From NCBI GenBank assembly GCA_965214255.1, contig OZ243948.1, positions 1,433,885-1,497,884 of the forward strand: 64,000 bases of DNA, read 5' to 3'. Under the pieces are notes generated by a model. It saw only the letters and a program-made list of their open reading frames with translations. It was not told the DNA's origin and did no database searches. Shown piece after piece: positions 58,751 through 64,000 of this stretch. Positions within the stretch are counted from its first letter, which is position 1. Every line of letters begins with the position of its first letter. Both the position numbers and the translations under genes were made by a program. The stretch comes from Alphaproteobacteria bacterium (GTDB lineage Bacteria > Pseudomonadota > Alphaproteobacteria > SMXP01).

Positions 58751-60427
58751 ATGGCCGTATCTCAAATCGAACGGCATTTCGTGACGTTCGATAACCGTCA
58801 AATTCATTACCGCCGCGCCGGGTCGGGGCCGCCCGTCCTGCTCCTGCACCCCTCGATGCGTTCATCGGCCATTTACATATCGTTGATCGAAAGGCTCGCC
58901 GAACATTTCACCGTCATCGCCATGGACTCGCCGGGTTACGGCCTGTCGGATCATGTCCACATGCTAAAGCCCGAGATTCCGGATTTCGCCGACGGCGTCA
59001 TTCAATTCCTGGACACGCTGGGCATCGACAAAGTTGGCCTTTACGGCCAGCTCACGTCGGCAAAAATTGCGCTCGACCTGGCATGCCGCTATCCGGAACG
59101 CTTTACCGTCGTCGTTCTCGATAAATACCTCATGCATACCGAAGATGAGCGCCGCGACGTGCTGTTGAATTTTGCGCCCGAATTCAAGCCCGTTTGGGAC
59201 GGTCGGCACATGCTGCATGCCTGGACGTTCGTGCGCGAGCACGCCCACTCCTATCCCTGGCACCGGCAAACCGCGACGACGCGCATCGACGTGGACATGC
59301 CGGACGCCGACGGTCTTTATTTCGGGGTCATGAACTTTTTCCGGACGGGCCTTTTTTATCATCTGGGGCCAAGGGCCGCCTTCCGCTATATCGGCCAGCC
59401 TCGCGTTCACCAGATCAAGGCGAGGACATTTTTTCTGGGCACGCGGCTCAAACCGTTTGATACCCACCTTGAGCGTCTGCCCGAACTGCCCGGTCACGTC
59501 ACGGCGGAAATGGTGGAAGACGAAGCGCAATTCGAGTCGCGCCTGATGGAAATTCTGTCGGCGTTTCCCTCAAACGCACAGGTGCCGCCGGCTCCCGCCC
59601 CCGCGCCCCTCAAAGACCGATGCGTCAGCACGTATCTCGAAGGCGACGGCGGTCTTGTCCATGTGCGCCACAACCCTCACGGGTCCGGACGGCCATTGCT
59701 TCTGGTACACGGCGCCGGGTCCGCCGCGCGCATCGGCGAACGTTTGGCCGACTCATTGACGGGAAAGAGACCGATTATCGGAATCGACCTTCCGGGCCAC
59801 GGAGAATCCGACCCCCTCGCGAACATCGAAGCCGATACGGTGGCGGCTTATGCCTCATCCCTCGCGCAATCCGTCGATCGCTTGAACTTGACCGAAGTCG
59901 ACATCCTGGCGCTCGAAGGCGGCGGCTGCGTCGCCCTTGAGTTGGCCAATTTGAAACCCGGCTTCATAAAACAACTCGTCCTTTGCGACGTACTTTGCCC
60001 CGGCACCGAAGAATACGATGAATTTCGAACGCGCTATGCGCCGACGATCATGCCGGACGAACACGGCGGCTATTTGCTGCAAGCCTGGCATTTCATTCGC
60101 GACCAATATCTGTTCTGGCCGTGGTTCGATAAACGAAAAGAAAACTTTTTGTGGGAACCACCCTATGCGGAACTCGAGTTCGTGCATTCCAAAGTCGTCG
60201 AGCTTTTGAAATCCTTGAAGTCATTTCAGAGTTTCTATCGCAGTCAATTCGATTACCCGTTCGAAGAGCGGTTGCGCGGCAGCGCGGCGCCCCTGTCCGT
60301 TTACACGTTCCCCCATGATCCGAAGCTCGCCCATGCCGAACGCGCGGGCAGGGCCGCAGGCGTCGAACTCCGGCGCCTGACTCGCGAAATGAACTCCTGG
60401 GCCGAGGAAATCCATGCCCAGGGGTAG
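58751..60427 (+). CDS. Tandem-duplicated alpha/beta-hydrolase-fold protein (paralog of 44631..46301)
   Basis: LLHPSMRSS…PGYGLSDH in domain 1 and LLVHGAGSA…PGHGESDP in domain 2. Nucleophile-elbow positions are GQLTS and LEGGG. Confidence 0.7.
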   Translation: MAVSQIERHFVTFDNRQIHYRRAGSGPPVLLLHPSMRSSAIYISLIERLAEHFTVIAMDSPGYGLSDHVHMLKPEIPDFADGVIQFLDTLGIDKVGLYGQLTSAKIALDLACRYPERFTVVVLDKYLMHTEDERRDVLLNFAPEFKPVWDGRHMLHAWTFVREHAHSYPWHRQTATTRIDVDMPDADGLYFGVMNFFRTGLFYHLGPRAAFRYIGQPRVHQIKARTFFLGTRLKPFDTHLERLPELPGHVTAEMVEDEAQFESRLMEILSAFPSNAQVPPAPAPAPLKDRCVSTYLEGDGGLVHVRHNPHGSGRPLLLVHGAGSAARIGERLADSLTGKRPIIGIDLPGHGESDPLANIEADTVAAYASSLAQSVDRLNLTEVDILALEGGGCVALELANLKPGFIKQLVLCDVLCPGTEEYDEFRTRYAPTIMPDEHGGYLLQAWHFIRDQYLFWPWFDKRKENFLWEPPYAELEFVHSKVVELLKSLKSFQSFYRSQFDYPFEERLRGSAAPLSVYTFPHDPKLAHAERAGRAAGVELRRLTREMNSWAEEIHAQG

Positions 60428-60504
60428 AAACGGATGGAATATCGGCCCGATCCGCGATATTATGAACTGACGACAACCCACACTTCCTGCGAGAGTATTA
60501 AGCC

Positions 60505-61668
60505 ATGGCCAGCCAGTTTCGACACGCGGTTCTCCCGGAGGCCACGAGTGAAGAAGAAGCCCGGCAGGACTTCGTCTTGAGCTTAAGTCAACATTGCATG
60601 AACAACGTCATGCCCGGGATCTCTCCCCTTTACGAAAAGAGAGTTTTGCCGGAGATCAAGCGTGAAAAAGGCCGCGAGCCGGAAACGCGTCATGAAATCC
60701 GCAAGGCCATGCAACGCCAGCCGTACTATCAAATGGCAAGCTCCTTCCAACGCACGACGCAGGAAATGCTATGGAACTCCGTCGACGAAAGCGTGTTGCG
60801 TCAATTGCCCCATTTGATCGACAAGATGAAAAAGGTGACCGGCAGCAAGACCAAAGGGTCGCTGACGCTCGACCCCGGCTTTGAAATTCCCCGCTATATC
60901 AAAAACAACGATCATCATGTCATGCCGGGAGGATTTTCGGCCGACTTGTGCGAAAACGACATCACCGGCGGCGCCATGTACGACCGGGGCGTCTTTCTGT
61001 TCACCGACGGCATGTTCGGCGAAAAGAACGACAGTGTCGGCAAGGCCGGAGTCCGTTTCATCAAGACGTATTATCCCGACCTCAAACCGAACAGAATCCT
61101 CGACGTGGGCTGCGGTGTCGGCATGACGACAGTCCCCCTCAAGGAAGAATGGCCGGACGCGGAAGTCCATGGCATCGATGTCGGACCCGCCTTTTTGCGT
61201 TACGCCCATGCCCGCGCGGAAGAATTCGGCGCCGAGATTCATTTCCATCAGATGAACGGTGAAGGCACGGGTTTCGAGGACAACTCATTCGACCTCGTCA
61301 TTTGCTCGACCGTGTTTCATGAAACCTCGGTGCGCGCCGCGCAAAACCTCATCAAAGAAGCCCAACGCATATTGCGGCCGGGCGGCGTCTACGTTGTCGG
61401 TGAACAGCCGCCCTATGAGGGCAAATCGGCGTTCGAGCAATTCGTCGGCGATTGGGACACGTTCAACAACAACGAGCCCTTTTGGGCCAAGTGCCATGAG
61501 ACGGATTTTGTCGGGATCTGCAAGGATGCCGGCTTCGCGGAGGCATGGTCTTCCCTTGAAGACAGTGTGGGATCAACCAACGAACTCGAAGGCAAAATCG
61601 ACCCGGGCGAAATCGTCGGCACGGACCGCGGCGGCGGGACCTTTTGGTTCTTTACCGCGACGAAGTGA
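60505..61668 (+). CDS. Class I SAM-dependent methyltransferase with ~180-aa N-terminal extension (paralog A)
   Basis: Motif I ILDVGCGVGMTT. Post-I acidic residue, plus FDLVICSTVFHE and LRPGG. Confidence 0.75.
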   Translation: MASQFRHAVLPEATSEEEARQDFVLSLSQHCMNNVMPGISPLYEKRVLPEIKREKGREPETRHEIRKAMQRQPYYQMASSFQRTTQEMLWNSVDESVLRQLPHLIDKMKKVTGSKTKGSLTLDPGFEIPRYIKNNDHHVMPGGFSADLCENDITGGAMYDRGVFLFTDGMFGEKNDSVGKAGVRFIKTYYPDLKPNRILDVGCGVGMTTVPLKEEWPDAEVHGIDVGPAFLRYAHARAEEFGAEIHFHQMNGEGTGFEDNSFDLVICSTVFHETSVRAAQNLIKEAQRILRPGGVYVVGEQPPYEGKSAFEQFVGDWDTFNNNEPFWAKCHETDFVGICKDAGFAEAWSSLEDSVGSTNELEGKIDPGEIVGTDRGGGTFWFFTATK

Positions 61669-61713
61669 GTTAACTGCGGTATAAGGGTTCGGCAATCAAC
61701 GAGGCATCATGCA

Positions 61714-62877
61714 ATGGACAAACAATTCCAACACGCTCTGCTCCCCGCAACCAACAGCGACGAACAGGCCCATCAGGAGTTCGTCCAAAGCCTGCAGCAT
61801 TATTGCATGAGCGACGTCATGCCGGGCGTGTTGGCGGCGTATGAAAAACAAGTGCATCCCAGACTTGTGCGCGAATACGGCCGCGAGCCGGAAACCCGCC
61901 AGGAAGTGCGCAGGGAAATGGAGCGCCATCCCTACTACCAGATGGCCAGTTCATTTCAGCGGACCTCAAAGGAACTCCTTTGGGAGTCCGTCGACCAAAG
62001 CATATTGAGACAGTTGCCTGAACTCGTTGACAAGGCAAACGAATTGACCGGCGGCAAGACCAAAGGGTCTTTGACGCTGGATCCCGATTTGGAAATCCCC
62101 CGCTATGTCTTGAAAAACGACCATCACGTCATGCCCGGCGGGTATTCCGCGGAACTGTGCGACGGCGACATTGCGGCCGGCGCTTTGTACGACCGCGGCG
62201 CCTATCTGTTTGCCGACGGCCTCTTCGGCGAAAAAATGGACAATCTCGGCAAACTGGCGGTTTGGTTCATCAAAAAACATTTCCCCGAGATGAGGCCGGA
62301 GCGGATTCTCAAAATCGGCTGCAATATAGGCGCGTCCACGCTGCCCCTTAAGGAAGCGTGGCCGGAGGCGGACGTCCATGGCATCGATGTCGCGCCCGTC
62401 CTGCTTCGCTACGGGCATGCCCGCGCGGAAGATCTGGGGGTCGCCGTGCATTTTCATCAAATGGACGCCGAAAACTTGAAATTCGAAGACAACAGCTTCG
62501 ACATCGTCTACAGCGTCGCCACCTTCCATGAACTCAATCGACGGGCGGTCTCGAACGTGATCGATGAAGCCCATCGGGTATTGAAACCGGGCGGCGCCTT
62601 CGTGAACGGCGAACAGCCGCCCTACGAAGGCAAGCCGGCTTTCGAACAGTTTTTGGGCGACTGGGATACGCTTAACAACAACGAGCCGTTTTGGGGCGCG
62701 TTTCATGACATGGACGTAGTCGAGATGTGCCGAAAGGCGGGTTTCAGGAAAGCATGGGACGGTTACGGTCCGACGCTCACCTCGCTTGAGAACATGGAAG
62801 CGACGTTTGACCCATCCGAAATCGTCGGCACGGACCGGGGCGGCAGTGAATTATGGTTTTTCGCCGCTATAAAATAA
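61714..62877 (+). CDS. Class I SAM-dependent methyltransferase with N-terminal extension (paralog B, tandem duplicate)
   Basis: ILKIGCNIGAST and LKPGG. The sequence is collinear with paralog A over the full 387 aa. Confidence 0.75.
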   Translation: MDKQFQHALLPATNSDEQAHQEFVQSLQHYCMSDVMPGVLAAYEKQVHPRLVREYGREPETRQEVRREMERHPYYQMASSFQRTSKELLWESVDQSILRQLPELVDKANELTGGKTKGSLTLDPDLEIPRYVLKNDHHVMPGGYSAELCDGDIAAGALYDRGAYLFADGLFGEKMDNLGKLAVWFIKKHFPEMRPERILKIGCNIGASTLPLKEAWPEADVHGIDVAPVLLRYGHARAEDLGVAVHFHQMDAENLKFEDNSFDIVYSVATFHELNRRAVSNVIDEAHRVLKPGGAFVNGEQPPYEGKPAFEQFLGDWDTLNNNEPFWGAFHDMDVVEMCRKAGFRKAWDGYGPTLTSLENMEATFDPSEIVGTDRGGSELWFFAAIK

Positions 62878-62957
62878 GTTTGTCCGTTTATTTGACGGCC
62901 GCAAAATAAAATCTCCGAAGAGCCAATCCGGCTCATGTGGGTAGCCGAGGGATCATC

Positions 62958-63314
62958 ATGCTGGACAAGATACAAACGCCGCGCCACGCTCAGGGCCGTC
63001 GGCCTCAATATTTCGATGAAGCGCCGCTTGACCAACTGCACGCCATGATCATCGCCCTCACGGGCGAGGTTTCCGTTCTTGCCGACCGTATCGACACCGT
63101 CGAAGTTTTGCTGGACCAAAAAGGAACGATCAGCCGGGATGACATCGAAACTTTCGCCCTCACCGATGACATCAGAGAGAGGCGGCGCGAGAAAAGATCC
63201 AAATACATCGCCCGGGTGTTCCGCAGTGTGAGCGACGCGCGCGCGGCCATCGAAAAAAGCGAGTCCGACAAATCCTACGCTCAAACGATTGACGAAGATT
63301 CCGTGACGGGATAG
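62958..63314 (+). CDS. Small hypothetical protein (~118 aa)
   Basis: ATG 62958 lies 6 nt after gaggga. Confidence 0.4.
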   Translation: MLDKIQTPRHAQGRRPQYFDEAPLDQLHAMIIALTGEVSVLADRIDTVEVLLDQKGTISRDDIETFALTDDIRERRREKRSKYIARVFRSVSDARAAIEKSESDKSYAQTIDEDSVTG

Positions 63315-63399
63315 CCCGGTCTCATTCGTTCCGCCCGTTTCAAGCACGTGCTCGGACTTGAAACGAATTCAGACCAAACAAACCGAAGTGAGGCAGGAC

Positions 63400-64000
63400 A
63401 TGTCCAACCGCGTTATCGAATATCTGGATCTCACGAAGACGTCCCATGAGCCCCTTTTGGATCATGGCCTTCCCCTGGGCATGCGAGGGCGGCAGCTCAT
63501 GGATATCCCCTCGGGCGAAACCAGTTTTCTGGTACGGGTCGGTCCTCAGTGGCGCCGCGTCGAGACCGGGTACTACGACAAGGGTCTTGAAATTCTGGTC
63601 CTGGACGGGGCGCTCACCATCGCAGACCAGGAGCTTACGCGGACGTGTTTCAGCTACTTGCCGGCGGGCGCGAAGACGGGGCCTTGGTCGTCGCGGGGCG
63701 GGTGTGACATGCTCTTGATGTTCAAAGGCCCGCCCAACTTCGTTCAGTCGGACAGCGACGGGCCGGGCGTGAAAGCGGACCAGCGCATCGACTGCCTGGA
63801 TGCCAAGGCAACCCCTTGGAATGCCATGCCCGGCTACGAAGGACGCAGCCGGGAGGAAGCGGGTGGGATGCTCTCTCACAAAACTCTGTGCGAGGACCCG
63901 GAGACCAAAGCCTATACGTATTTGGTACGTCAAGGAGCGGGCTGGAGCGAGCCCAAGCTTGAAGCCCATGCCACCTGGGAGGAATTGATCCTTCTCGAAG
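63400..64000 (+). CDS. Bicupin-like hypothetical protein (paralog 3 of 3), truncated by window end
   Basis: ATG 63400. The N-terminus MSNRVIEYLDLTKTSHEPLLDHGLPLG is collinear with the other two paralogs. Confidence 0.5.
   Translation, partial: MSNRVIEYLDLTKTSHEPLLDHGLPLGMRGRQLMDIPSGETSFLVRVGPQWRRVETGYYDKGLEILVLDGALTIADQELTRTCFSYLPAGAKTGPWSSRGGCDMLLMFKGPPNFVQSDSDGPGVKADQRIDCLDAKATPWNAMPGYEGRSREEAGGMLSHKTLCEDPETKAYTYLVRQGAGWSEPKLEAHATWEELILLE

Overview
This is a high-GC (~62-65%) bacterial chromosomal segment, probably proteobacterial, read from raw sequence without database searches. Coordinates 1-8083 hold a minus-strand type I restriction-modification (R-M) locus with an unusual gene order. 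hsdM (6110-8083) is followed by a 502-bp AT-rich repeat-containing spacer, then by one tightly coupled operon: fic, orf375, orf126, hsdS, orf256 and an hsdR gene truncated at the window edge. The three unknown genes nested in the hsd operon are the best candidate for an undescribed defence, toxin/antitoxin or abortive-infection module. Coordinates 8.1-24 kb are housekeeping genes: a metallophosphatase, bifunctional ATP sulfurylase/APS kinase, HMG-CoA lyase, CoA-transferase, leuCD, GTP-PEPCK, pyruvate kinase, a TauD-like dioxygenase, a CN-hydrolase and alanine dehydrogenase. Coordinates 24-44 kb are rich in exported and periplasmic enzymes, several with Tat signals: a PuuD-like amidotransferase, an aminotransferase, an amidohydrolase, an aldehyde dehydrogenase, a Sel1-repeat protein, a Tat-signal thiamine-pyrophosphate (TPP) enzyme, cytochrome c, a stand-alone GIY-YIG protein, a Rieske oxygenase, an outer-membrane protein, UbiD, a YcnI-like protein and a lipoprotein. 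Coordinates 44.6-64 kb hold a paralog-rich accessory cluster. It contains four genes with six alpha/beta-hydrolase-fold domains that carry a non-canonical His at the nucleophile elbow, two tandem SAM-methyltransferase paralogs, three bicupin paralogs and two secreted NmrA-like proteins. The same stretch also holds a TonB-dependent receptor, an MFS transporter, and a membrane glycosyltransferase-like gene interrupted by a frameshift at a G10 homopolymer. No rRNA, tRNA or CRISPR was recognised. Many long GC-driven antisense ORFs in the six-frame track are judged spurious.
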